Assembly: GCA_027307065.1 (NCBI GenBank)
Contig: DAHUXT010000003.1
Span: 1 to 37,434 of the forward strand
Direction of reading: 5' to 3'
Origin: Ktedonobacteria bacterium
Lineage (GTDB): Bacteria > Chloroflexota > Ktedonobacteria > Ktedonobacterales > JADMIN01
Length of the DNA: 37,434 nt
Positions 18,651 through 28,089 of the stretch are shown here, piece by piece. Within the stretch, counting starts at the first letter, position 1; every line of letters begins with the position of its first letter. A program made the position numbers and the translations under genes. The notes below the pieces were generated by a model. That model was not told the origin of the DNA. It saw only the letters and a list, made by a program, of their open reading frames with translations, and ran no database searches.

Positions 18651-19730
18651 TCAGGCGGCGCTGCCCGATTCGGTCGGGTTGAGATCAATTTCTTCGTATC
18701 GCTTCACACGGTAGATAACCGTGGAGACGAGCCAGCTTAGCAACAGAATCGCCACGATGAAAAAGCCGAGATGGCTCAGGTCGAGCGTATTGTTGATGAA
18801 GTCCCAGACGGAGCCGTGGAGGTTCAGTTCGCCTGAGATGACTTGAAGCACCTCAATAGCGCCCACGATCAACGCCACCAGCACTGAGACGAGTGTGATG
18901 TTGAGGTTGTAATAAAGTTTGCGGACCGGCTTCACGAATGCCCACCCATAGGCGCCGAGCATCAACACACCATCTGTTGTATCGGCGAGCGTCATGCCCG
19001 CGGTAAAGAGCAGCGGAAAGACCATGATAAAGAGAAAGGGAACGCCCTTCTGCGCCGAGATGGCCGAGAGCGCCAACAGCCCTACTTCGCTGGCGGTATC
19101 GAACCCGAGACCGAAGAGAAAGCCAACCGGATACATCAACCAGCTCTCGCGGACAAAACGAAAAAGTGGCCGAAAAAACCTGCCGAGCAGACCGCGCTGT
19201 GCCAGAAATTCCTCGATCTTCTGCTCGTTGTATTCGCCACCATTGGTGACCTGGCGAAACGTTTTGACGATATCCATCAGGATGAGCAGATTGAGCGCGG
19301 CAATCAAGAAGAGAAAGGCCGCCGAAACACTCGTCCCGATGACGCCGCCAATGGCCTGAAAACTCGGCAGTTCTTTCTGGACGAAGAGCGAAGCGCCAGC
19401 CAGCACGATGCTCAGCAGCACGACGACCGTCGAGTGCCCCAGCGAAAAGAACGTGCCCACGGCAACGGGACGCTTGCCATCCTGCATAAGTTTGCGGGTG
19501 ACGTTATCGATCGCGGAGATATGGTCGGCGTCCACGGCATGTCGCAAGCCAAGGCCATAGGCGACGAATCCGAGCGCGATGAACTTGGGATCATGCAATT
19601 GCACCGACGCCAGCACGGCCATCAGCCATGCCACGATGTTCACTCCGATCAGCACCGCGTAGAGCGCGACGATACGTGTGCGCAGACCAGAATCGCCGCT
19701 CCGCAGCACGCGCAAGAGTCCAGAGAACAT
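18651..19730 (-). CDS. HoxN/HupN/NixA-family high-affinity Ni/Co transporter (NiCoT)
   Basis: RHAVDADHI, FSLGHSTVV, LGFDTASE signatures; GGAGG RBS before ATG 19730. Confidence 0.95.
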   Translation of the reverse strand: MFSGLLRVLRSGDSGLRTRIVALYAVLIGVNIVAWLMAVLASVQLHDPKFIALGFVAYGLGLRHAVDADHISAIDNVTRKLMQDGKRPVAVGTFFSLGHSTVVVLLSIVLAGASLFVQKELPSFQAIGGVIGTSVSAAFLFLIAALNLLILMDIVKTFRQVTNGGEYNEQKIEEFLAQRGLLGRFFRPLFRFVRESWLMYPVGFLFGLGFDTASEVGLLALSAISAQKGVPFLFIMVFPLLFTAGMTLADTTDGVLMLGAYGWAFVKPVRKLYYNLNITLVSVLVALIVGAIEVLQVISGELNLHGSVWDFINNTLDLSHLGFFIVAILLLSWLVSTVIYRVKRYEEIDLNPTESGSAA

Positions 19731-19883
19731 CGTCGCCTCCCTCGTGAGTCTGATATGCCCGCCGTCGCGGGCCACTGTAAGTAACACCAGCGAGCGCAAT
19801 TTGGTTTACCGGTTATTCTTACCGATGCCCGTTGCGACGGATGACCCGCGTCAGTAATGACGATAGCGCGCAGGGCGGCTTCT

Positions 19884-19918
19884 TGCAAGTCTTCGCATCT
19901 GCATGTATTTGCAGGATA
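19884..19918 (-). promoter_or_regulatory. Two tandem TGCAA-N4-TTGCA pseudo-palindromes next to a TATCCT -10 candidate
   Basis: TGCAAGTCTTCGCA (19884-19897) and TGCATGTATTTGCA (19900-19913), one mismatch each, between the Fur gene and NiCoT. Confidence 0.5.
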
Positions 19919-19990
19919 CACGCCACACGGAGTATTGGATGAGGGCCTCTGCTTTTCGGGGGAGCCGTGATTCACAACACACGAGTGGAT

Positions 19991-20455
19991 TTAGCGGACC
20001 GATTGCTCCAGGGCCGCCAGGCATGCCTGACAGCAGCCGAAGAGCGCGAGGTGGCGCGAATTGGTCGCGAATCCATACCCATGCAAAATGCTCTCGTGCA
20101 GTGGTTGCAGCGCTTTGTCATCCACTTCGAGCACCGCATGGCAGTGTTCGCAGACGAGGTGATGATGCGGCGCCTCGCCGACCAGTTCAAAGTAGCTAAT
20201 GCCACTGCCAAAATCGGACTGCGCCACCAGGCCGATCGAAATGAGCATTTCAAGTGTCCGGTAGATGGTTGCGAGGTTGATAGCGGGATAGCGTAGTGCC
20301 GCCCAGCGCAATATCTCGTCGGCGGTGATATGCCCGGAGTGTGCGGCGAGAGCCTCTAACACGATCAGCCGTTGCGGGGTCACCCGCACGCCCTGGCGGC
20401 GCAGGCGCTCGACATAAGAGGGTTCCGTGTGTGGTTGTAGCATGTTGTCGTCCAT
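19991..20455 (-). CDS. Fur-family metalloregulator
   Basis: RVTPQR, HITADEI, NLATIYRTL, HHHLVCEHC, GCCQAC; alternative start 20443. Confidence 0.93.
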   Translation of the reverse strand: MDDNMLQPHTEPSYVERLRRQGVRVTPQRLIVLEALAAHSGHITADEILRWAALRYPAINLATIYRTLEMLISIGLVAQSDFGSGISYFELVGEAPHHHLVCEHCHAVLEVDDKALQPLHESILHGYGFATNSRHLALFGCCQACLAALEQSVR

Positions 20456-20790
20456 GAGAAAAATCCGAGCGTGTTTCGAGCGATCATGATACGACCCCGA
20501 GCACCTGGTGACCGATTCGAGGTCCTTACGTTCTAGTATGGGCTGAATCGCACCGTGACGCAAGCCATCAGCCATAGTCTGATCCACGATGAAACGGCGA
20601 TATGTGAGCCACCTCACAGGCGAGACGAAACATTTCGCCACCGTTTACCCGTAGTACAAGAGAGAGGCGCAGTGCCGCCGCGTCTGGCTTCGCCGCGTGC
20701 CTTTCCAAATGTCCGTTCACGCACCGCCGATGCCGGGCCGCTGTGGTAGTATATTGTCGGAATCCTGGGAGGAAGTAGAGGACTTTGGGC

Positions 20791-21759
20791 GTGGAGTACG
20801 TTTTCACACTGCCAGCAGAGCGGCAGGCGGCGGTACTCGCCATCAGCTCGTTTGATGGTGTACACCGCGAGCACCAGCGCATGTTGGCCGAAACGGTCGC
20901 CCTCGCGCGTCGGCATGGCGCGGCGCCGATTGCGCTTCTTCCCTGGCCTGTAACTTCCGGTGACGCCACCGCGAACGGCATCTTGACGACACTCAGCGAG
21001 CGGATTGCTCTCATCGAGCGATGCGCGCCCAGCGTGCGCGTTGTGGTGCTCGCGGCGGATGCGGCGCAGCCTTGGTCACCTGAGACGCTCATCCAACGTA
21101 TCACTGCTGGGTGGGATGTCGCGGGCGTCGTCGTGGATCCGTTGGCGGAGGAAGCGCTCTGCGGCACAGAACTTGCCGAATTGGCGCGATTGACTGGTTT
21201 GTCGGTATTGTCGATAGCCAGCGAAACCGCGGCTGTTGCGCCGACGGGCGCGCAGATCGGCTCGGCAATATCCGAGGGGCGAGTTTCCGATGCGGCGCTC
21301 CTGCTCACCTACAACTACACGCTTGTGGCTGAGGTGGTGGGCGGAGATCGGCGCGGTAGGCTGCTCGGCTTCCCAACGGCGAATCTGCGAGTCGACGCAG
21401 GCAAGGCGATCCCTGGCAACGGCATCTATGCGGTGCTTGTGGGGTTGCCGGGCGAGCAAGACGCGGTGCGGCCAGCGGTGGCCAGTGTCGGAGTGCGTCC
21501 GACATTCGGCGACGGCAATGCGCGGCTGGTTGAAGTCCATCTGTTAGACCTCAGCATGGACCTCTACGGAGTCCGCATTACGACGGCATTTGTCGAGTGG
21601 CTGCGCTCGGAGGAGCGATTCGCCACGGTGGAGGCGCTCATCGAACAGATGCGCGCCGATGTCGAGCAGGCACGCCGTCATCTCGCCCGTCACGCGGCGT
21701 CGCGGCTAGACGAGCGCGAGGCACACGGGCGATTCCATCAGGATGATGCCCATCCGTGA
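20791..21759 (+). CDS. ribF: RibF-like riboflavin kinase with degenerate N-terminal FAD-synthetase domain
   Basis: GRLLGFPTAN, GVRPTF, EVHLLD, LRSEERF kinase motifs; N-terminal FDGVHREHQ remnant. Confidence 0.85.
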   Translation: MEYVFTLPAERQAAVLAISSFDGVHREHQRMLAETVALARRHGAAPIALLPWPVTSGDATANGILTTLSERIALIERCAPSVRVVVLAADAAQPWSPETLIQRITAGWDVAGVVVDPLAEEALCGTELAELARLTGLSVLSIASETAAVAPTGAQIGSAISEGRVSDAALLLTYNYTLVAEVVGGDRRGRLLGFPTANLRVDAGKAIPGNGIYAVLVGLPGEQDAVRPAVASVGVRPTFGDGNARLVEVHLLDLSMDLYGVRITTAFVEWLRSEERFATVEALIEQMRADVEQARRHLARHAASRLDEREAHGRFHQDDAHP

Positions 21760-21776
21760 TGGGGGAGGAATCATAT

Positions 21777-22556
21777 ATGGGCATTGCCAGTAAGTTTGAG
21801 GCCACGATGCGCGGCCTGGTCGAAGGGACGTTCGGCCGGTTGATTCGCACCAGCCTTCAGCGGAATGAATTCGGCCCGCAGGTGGAGCGCGCGATGGAGA
21901 ATCACCTGCGTGGCAGCCCCAATGGACGAGAAGCGCCCACGCTGTACGATATCTATCTGAGCGTGAAGGACTATGGCATCTACGGAAACGATTCCAAGCT
22001 GGCTCAGGAACTGTCGGGGCAGCTCGTCCAGATGGCCCGCGAGCGCTCCTACTGGCTTGAGCGCAAACCCGTCATTCGCTTCCTGGAAGATCCGCATGTC
22101 ATCACCGGGCAGATGCGGGTCGCGGCGTACGACCTGACCGAAGAAGCGGCGCCGTCTGGCGTGGATATGGGCGACGAGACGCGCTCGATTGGCCCGGCAG
22201 AGGTGCAGAAACTCAATGAGGATATCGCCCGCGAGCAAGCGCGCAATCAAGACACTGCATCATTGCCGCCCGCGTGGCTGACACTCTTCCGGCCGACGCG
22301 CGGCCAGCCGATGCGGCTGCTCCATTCTCCCATTCATATTGGGCGCCATCTTTCCAATGAAGTCATTGTCAATGATCGTCGCGTCTCGCGCCACCACGCC
22401 GAAATCCGCTACGAGCGCGGCCAGTTCGTGCTCTACGATCTCGGTTCGACCAATGGCGTGAAGATCAATGGCGTTCAAGCGCGCCAACCCGTTCCCTTGC
22501 GCAATAATGATCTGGTTACCGTGGGCAGCCACGAGTTCGTCTTCCAGCGGAGGTAG
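21777..22556 (+). CDS. FhaA-like protein (DUF3662-like N-terminus + FHA)
   Basis: KFEATMRGLVEGTF N-terminus; IGR, VSRHHA, DLGSTNG FHA motifs; GGAGG RBS. Confidence 0.88.
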   Translation: MGIASKFEATMRGLVEGTFGRLIRTSLQRNEFGPQVERAMENHLRGSPNGREAPTLYDIYLSVKDYGIYGNDSKLAQELSGQLVQMARERSYWLERKPVIRFLEDPHVITGQMRVAAYDLTEEAAPSGVDMGDETRSIGPAEVQKLNEDIAREQARNQDTASLPPAWLTLFRPTRGQPMRLLHSPIHIGRHLSNEVIVNDRRVSRHHAEIRYERGQFVLYDLGSTNGVKINGVQARQPVPLRNNDLVTVGSHEFVFQRR

Positions 22557-22557
22557 C

Positions 22558-23007
22558 ATGGGGCTGGACACTTATTCCGTTTTGCTCATCCTACGCATCG
22601 TGCTCGTTGCAATCCTCTATCTCGTCATCTTGCGCGTCGTAGGGGTTGCGCGGCGCGAGATGCGTGTGGCCGAGCGCGCGCCTGGCTTGGTGACACGCGG
22701 CAAAGACGTTGTTGGCCACCTGGTAGTCATTGATAGCGGCTCCACGCCACTGCGCCCCGGCGCTCGCCTGGATGTCGAGCCGATCACTACGATTGGCCGG
22801 TCGCCTACCAATACCATTGTGCTGGATAGCACCTTCGTCTCGACCGAGCACACACGCATCCTGTTCCGCGACCGTTCACTGTGGGTCGAAGACATGAGCA
22901 GCCGCAATGGGACGCTTGTGGACCAGAATCGCATCACAGCGCCGGTCGCCGTAACCCCTGGAACGATTCTCCAGGTCGGCGACGTGCGCTTCAAGTTTGC
23001 CGTCTAG
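22558..23007 (+). CDS. FhaB-like membrane-anchored FHA protein
   Basis: N-terminal TM helix; IGRS, VSTEH, DMSSRNGT. Confidence 0.88.
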   Translation: MGLDTYSVLLILRIVLVAILYLVILRVVGVARREMRVAERAPGLVTRGKDVVGHLVVIDSGSTPLRPGARLDVEPITTIGRSPTNTIVLDSTFVSTEHTRILFRDRSLWVEDMSSRNGTLVDQNRITAPVAVTPGTILQVGDVRFKFAV

Positions 23008-23034
23008 GCGGGCCAGCCTCAGGAGAGATAACTG

Positions 23035-24369
23035 ATGATCTATCGTCGCCGCTATCGCTGGACAGAGATGTGGCTGCTCCTGTTTCCCGCGGCATTCCTG
23101 ATTCTGGCGCTGCTGGAGTTGGAGCTTACCCAAAACGCTTCGACACCGCTTACCCGTAACACACTGCCACCTGTGGATGTCTTTACGCCTGCTATTGGTC
23201 TGATGATCGCGCTGGCGGTCACCCATGTGCTGCTCAATCTGTTCGCGCCAGACTCCGACCAGACGCTACTGCCCATTGCCGGAACGCTCGCCAGTATTGG
23301 CGTCATCATGGCCCTGCGGATTGGGTCTTCGCCGGGATTCGACGTGCCGTCGCTCGGCACGAAACAACTCGCCTGGGTGATCGTGGGCCTCGGCTTCTGT
23401 GTTGGCACGGTCGTGCTCACGCGCGATCTGCGATGGGTACGCAACTACAAATATACCTGGGCGGCCGTGGGACTGGCCCTTGTCGGCATCACCCTGGTGA
23501 ACGCGCTACGACACTTCAACACCAATGCGCCGAGCCGCGACGTGCTGTCGATCGGCCCAGGTGGCTTCTCGTTTCAGCCGTCGGAGTTGGTAAAGATTTG
23601 CCTGGTCGTCTTTTTCGCCGGGTATCTCAGCGAGAACCAGGAAATGCTCTCGGCGGGCTCGGTACCTATTGGCGGCATCAAATTCCCCCCACTGAAACAA
23701 CTGGGGCCGCTGCTTTTCATGCTGGGGCTTGCGCTGATCATTGCCGTTGGCATTCGCGAACTCGGCCTCGCGCTGCTGATCTTTGGCATGGTACTCTCGA
23801 TGACCTATGCCGCCACCAACCGCATGACCTATGTGTTTGGCGGGCTGGCGCTCTTCACCGTCGGGTCAGTGCTCGCATTCTCAGTGTTCAGTTATGCGCG
23901 GGTGCGACTCGCAATTGTCTCTAACGCCTTTGATCCCAATGTGGCGACGAACGCGGGCTATCAGATCGTGCAAGGGTTGATAGCGTTCGCATCGGGTGGT
24001 GTCTTCGGATCAGGGCTGGGGCTTGGACACCCGACGTTTGTACCTGCCTCGAACACCGACTATATCGCAGCATCCTTCGGTGAAGAATTCGGATTCGCCG
24101 GACTGCTCGCGCTCTTGGGGCTTTTCATGCTGCTCGTATTCCGTGGCATGTATGTGGCGATTCGAGCGCGCGACCCGTTCAATCAACTCATGGCCGTTGG
24201 CCTGACCTCGGTGTTCGCGTTGCAGACCCTCGTCATTCTCGCTGGCAATCTCAAATTGATGCCGCTGACCGGCGTGCCGCTGCCGTTCGTGGCCTACGGA
24301 GGCAGTTCGGTCATCGCGAACTTCATCATTATTGGCTTCTTGTTACGACTCTCCGAGAACAAAGCGTGA
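23035..24369 (+). CDS. FtsW/RodA/SpoVE (SEDS) protein
   Basis: SFQPSELVK, GYQIVQG, GSGLG, NTDYI..FGEEFG, PLTGVPLPFVAYGGSS. Confidence 0.95.
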   Translation: MIYRRRYRWTEMWLLLFPAAFLILALLELELTQNASTPLTRNTLPPVDVFTPAIGLMIALAVTHVLLNLFAPDSDQTLLPIAGTLASIGVIMALRIGSSPGFDVPSLGTKQLAWVIVGLGFCVGTVVLTRDLRWVRNYKYTWAAVGLALVGITLVNALRHFNTNAPSRDVLSIGPGGFSFQPSELVKICLVVFFAGYLSENQEMLSAGSVPIGGIKFPPLKQLGPLLFMLGLALIIAVGIRELGLALLIFGMVLSMTYAATNRMTYVFGGLALFTVGSVLAFSVFSYARVRLAIVSNAFDPNVATNAGYQIVQGLIAFASGGVFGSGLGLGHPTFVPASNTDYIAASFGEEFGFAGLLALLGLFMLLVFRGMYVAIRARDPFNQLMAVGLTSVFALQTLVILAGNLKLMPLTGVPLPFVAYGGSSVIANFIIIGFLLRLSENKA

Positions 24370-24385
24370 GCTGGCATTCACGATG

Positions 24386-24412
24386 ATGGCCGGGGGTAAC
24401 CTCCCCGGCCAT
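24386..24412 (+). terminator. GC-rich hairpin after the SEDS gene
   Basis: ATGGCCGGGG / CCCCGGCCAT perfect 10-bp stem; weak U-tract. Confidence 0.6.
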
Positions 24413-24575
24413 TCTGACGTATGCCGATTGTAGTTCCCTGTGGCGCATCACTTCCGAAGGATTGATGGCAGCCATTGCGGGGTAGTGATAGAGTAAATCA
24501 CGTTGACAACGACAGATTCTCCTGTCAGGCGGGAAATGTACGTGCTGGTAGACGTATCTTGCCGAGGAGCATGAT

Positions 24576-26957
24576 GTGGCAGACACAGTAGTAGCAACAG
24601 AATCGCAATCACCCGCGGAACATCACGGCGGCCACAATCTCAGCGCATTCCTCTGCTGGGCCGTCGTTTTCGCTGACATCGGCACATCGGTCTATTACGT
24701 GCCGGGAATCCTCTGGCGACAGGTGCAGTGGCAGTCTGGCCTCTTCGTGCTAATGACACTGGTGGCGTTCGTGCTGCTCGTCCTCAAGTATGCCGAGGTA
24801 AGCGTACGCTTTCCTGAGGGCGGCGGCGTCGTTACCGTCGCGGCGAACGGACTTTCGCCGTGGGCGGGCGCCGTCGGTGGCATGTTTATTTTGGTGGACT
24901 ATTTCCTGACGTCGGCCATTAGCTCGCTCTCGGGCCTGCTCTACTTTGCGACCATCTTTAAGGCCATTGGTAACTACGTCGTACCGATCACCGTGATTGT
25001 GGTTGTCCTCCTGGGGCTGCTCAACTTCTGGGGCATCAAGGAGTCTGCCAGTGTCAGCGCTTTCATTGCCGTGGCGGCGCTGCTCAGCGACCTGATCATT
25101 ATTCTGGTCGTCCTGGTGAATGTGCCGATGGCGACGATGGGCCTCGTTTTCGAGAAGATTTTCTCGGGCCATCTCGGCGGCCTGACGCTCTTGACCGGAT
25201 TCGCTGGGGCGTTCCTGGCGTTCTCAGGTCTTGAAAGCATTTCGCAGCTTTCGCCAGTGATGAAACTGCCACGGCGCAAGACCGTGACGCAGGCGCTCGC
25301 GCTGGTTGCTATCACGGTTGGCGTCACCAGCCCGCTACTGACCATCTTTTCGACGGTGCTGCTCAATTCGCCTGATTTGCTTGCCACCACCACGATTCAT
25401 CTGCATATCGTGGCAACGCCCGACACCTTTATCTCTGACCTCGGCGGCACCTACGGTGGACCGGTGCTGCTGGTCGCTACCGCCATCGCCGCATCAGCGC
25501 TGCTCGTCTTCGCGTGTAATACCGCCATTATCGGCGCATACCACGTCTTCATCGCGCTTTCGCATATGGGTTATCTGCCAAATTTCGTCACCGCCACAAA
25601 TAAGTGGCGCGGCACTCCCCAGAACGCCATTATCCTCGCCACGGGCATTCCAGTGGCCGTGCTGATTGCCGTCAACGGGCGGATCGACATCCTTGGCGAC
25701 ATGTACGCGTTTGGCCTGTTGGGCGCGTTTTCGCTGACCTGTCTGGCGATGGATGTAATTCGCTATCGCGACCGTCATGGCGCGTCACATATTGGCGCGA
25801 TCGAGGCCGCCGAACGATCCGCGGGCGCTGAAGAGGTGGCTCGGGTCGGGACGCCGTGGCATCAGCGGCTTACCAACGCCGCGAGCGCGCGCATGAATGA
25901 TCAGGTGGCGGCGCGCCTGCGGCTGGCCAATTCCCGCGCGAGGCGGCAGTTGACTCCCTGGGCCAATCGCGCCCGCGACGGCTGGCCCACAGTGAAATTC
26001 TATCTCGGCATCGTGACCACCTTTCTCGTCGGGGTTGCATGGATCACGAATCTCTTTACCAAACCGCTGGCGACCATCTTTGGCGGAGGGTTCACGCTGC
26101 TAGGCGTTGGCGCGGCGTTCCTCTACCACCAGCGCCTGGTACAGCAAGGCGAGGCGCCGGTCGCTCCGATCCAGACACTTCAGCGCATGGCGGATTCACT
26201 GTTGATCGCGTTGTCGTCGTCGAGCCAGCAGAATATGCAGGTGATCGACGCCGCCATCGATACCGCCGATGACCATCAGCTGGTGTTTCTCTATCTCTCG
26301 CGCAAGCCGACGCAATCGCCGCGGTTCATGCAATTTGCCGATCCGTTTTTGACGGATGTGGCGGCACAGCGCACGCTCACCTACGCGAGTAACAAGGCGA
26401 AACGCGCCGGGCTGAAGGCATCGTTTGTGTATCGTCTCGGTGGGGCAGGGCAGGTCATCGATATCTGGCGGATTATCCGTCCGGATGAGATCATCGCCGA
26501 GGCGGAGATTGCGAAGAAGCTCTCGAAATATGTGCCGCCCGACTACATACGCTACCAAGTCGAAGATGGTGTGCGCGTCGCCCACTATGTGCGCCACCAG
26601 TTTTCGCAGACGCATCAGGCGCCGCCAACCGCCACGGGCAGCGGAATCGCCGTTGGGGGTGGCGAATCGTTTGGCAAGCATAGTGGCACGCCAACGCCAG
26701 AACCAGACTGGGCTCCATTGCCGCCACCCCGCACTGAACCGCCTGGGAAACGCCCTAATGGAGGCGCGCCGCCGAAGCCTACACCGCTGCCCCGGCAACG
26801 TCGTCCGGCGGCTGAGGTGCCCCCAATGGAACCTCCAACTCCGCAGGAGGGGAGCGAACCGACATCGAGCGACGAAGATTGGATCTGGACGGGAACCGAC
26901 CTCGTGCGTAAGCCAGCGCAGGAGCCACCCAAGGAGAACGAGTCTCCAGAGCCATAG
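24576..26957 (+). CDS. APC-family permease (KimA/YdaO-like) with cytoplasmic C-domain and Pro-rich tail
   Basis: FADIGTSVYY, PEGGG, LVDYFLT, SGLESISQ; about 12 TM segments; GAGGAG RBS. Confidence 0.85.
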   Translation: MADTVVATESQSPAEHHGGHNLSAFLCWAVVFADIGTSVYYVPGILWRQVQWQSGLFVLMTLVAFVLLVLKYAEVSVRFPEGGGVVTVAANGLSPWAGAVGGMFILVDYFLTSAISSLSGLLYFATIFKAIGNYVVPITVIVVVLLGLLNFWGIKESASVSAFIAVAALLSDLIIILVVLVNVPMATMGLVFEKIFSGHLGGLTLLTGFAGAFLAFSGLESISQLSPVMKLPRRKTVTQALALVAITVGVTSPLLTIFSTVLLNSPDLLATTTIHLHIVATPDTFISDLGGTYGGPVLLVATAIAASALLVFACNTAIIGAYHVFIALSHMGYLPNFVTATNKWRGTPQNAIILATGIPVAVLIAVNGRIDILGDMYAFGLLGAFSLTCLAMDVIRYRDRHGASHIGAIEAAERSAGAEEVARVGTPWHQRLTNAASARMNDQVAARLRLANSRARRQLTPWANRARDGWPTVKFYLGIVTTFLVGVAWITNLFTKPLATIFGGGFTLLGVGAAFLYHQRLVQQGEAPVAPIQTLQRMADSLLIALSSSSQQNMQVIDAAIDTADDHQLVFLYLSRKPTQSPRFMQFADPFLTDVAAQRTLTYASNKAKRAGLKASFVYRLGGAGQVIDIWRIIRPDEIIAEAEIAKKLSKYVPPDYIRYQVEDGVRVAHYVRHQFSQTHQAPPTATGSGIAVGGGESFGKHSGTPTPEPDWAPLPPPRTEPPGKRPNGGAPPKPTPLPRQRRPAAEVPPMEPPTPQEGSEPTSSDEDWIWTGTDLVRKPAQEPPKENESPEP

Positions 26958-26968
26958 CCTGTAGGCGC

Positions 26969-27862
26969 CTAGCGGCGCACTGCCTGTTGCTCGCGGGCGA
27001 GGGCGGTCAATTGCTTGAGGGCGTCTTCCCATTCGCGGATGGAACGCGCCACCCATGCGGCGGTATCAGGCGGGGCCGGCGGCGCCTTTCGCAGCCCCAG
27101 CCGGGCGAGCGCGCCCATCGGGGAGCGCTTGACGCCAAGCTGCGCCAGAGTTTCGCGAGCCAGGCCAAGTTGCTGCTGCACCCAGGTGATATCGGCCTGG
27201 ATGGAATGATCTTGCTGCTGATCGAGGTGGCGAAGCAATTGCACTCCAGCCAGGACACCCGGAGACTCGGCGGCGGTTTCGGTGATATGGTGCGGCGCCA
27301 CGTGCCCCTGCAGTGCCGAGGATAACTCGTCCAACCCGTGATAGAGCGCCCCAACCGGCGCAACGCCCGCTGGCGGGAGTGACTGCAAGGCGTGCAGTGT
27401 CAGCGCGAGTTGTTCCGAGATCGCATCGATAGTACTGGCGAGATGCGTCTCGACGACGTGACGATAGCTATATCCACACCGGCGCAGCTTCAACTCAAGC
27501 GGCTCGCTAGAAGCCGTAAACCCGGCAAATTTCGGCCACCACGGATCGGACGGCGTATGCGCGAGGCGAGCCTGGGGAAATCGCCCATCGAGCGAGGCAA
27601 GGTAACCCTGTGTTGCGACCTCGAGCGAGGCGGCCGCGGAACAGATACGGCGACAGGAGACCTCAAGCTGCTGGAGAAAGGTATCGGCAGACGCACGATT
27701 AGCGCCCGAAAGCGATGTCTCAGAACCAGTCAACAGCAGGAAAAATTCAGCTTCCACGCCAACCTCGCCCAGCGCGCGCGCCAACGCAAGTGTCGGTTCA
27801 TCCATCCCTGGCCACTGCAGACCCACAAAGAGGCGCTTCTCCCAACTTCGGCCCTGTGACAT
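26969..27862 (-). CDS. Hypothetical protein (297 aa)
   Basis: GGAGGAG RBS before ATG 27862; fills the gap between convergent and divergent genes; no motif recognised. Confidence 0.7.
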   Translation of the reverse strand: MSQGRSWEKRLFVGLQWPGMDEPTLALARALGEVGVEAEFFLLLTGSETSLSGANRASADTFLQQLEVSCRRICSAAASLEVATQGYLASLDGRFPQARLAHTPSDPWWPKFAGFTASSEPLELKLRRCGYSYRHVVETHLASTIDAISEQLALTLHALQSLPPAGVAPVGALYHGLDELSSALQGHVAPHHITETAAESPGVLAGVQLLRHLDQQQDHSIQADITWVQQQLGLARETLAQLGVKRSPMGALARLGLRKAPPAPPDTAAWVARSIREWEDALKQLTALAREQQAVRR

Positions 27863-27983
27863 CTTGTCTCCTCCCGCGGACTTCCTCTGGTCGCCGCCAG
27901 ATTGTACGCCACCTGCCCCAGACGTACAATCCCACTGGCCGCAGTTTCCCAGCCGCGGCGTCTCCCGCGCAATCGCCGCACGC

Positions 27984-28012
27984 TTGACATTGCTGTCGGC
28001 GCTCGGTAGAAT
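27984..28012 (+). promoter_or_regulatory. Near-consensus sigma70 promoter TTGACA-17-TAGAAT for the histidine kinase
   Basis: -35 at 27984-27989, -10 at 28007-28012; a second TG-n-TACAAT at 28049-28057. Confidence 0.7.
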
Positions 28013-28089
28013 GCCAGATTGAACCTTCATCAATCGTCGCCCTTCACGTGGTACAATTTTTAGCTCCAGGTGCATATAAAGGCTTCACA

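Noticed and set aside
19731-19990. Cobalamin riboswitch upstream of NiCoT
   Set aside because: B12-box and GGGAA core motifs are not present on the coding (minus) strand.
24370-24575. c-di-AMP (ydaO) riboswitch before the KimA-like permease
   Set aside because: The conserved GCTGAA and CCGTCAGCTAAC-like elements are not seen.
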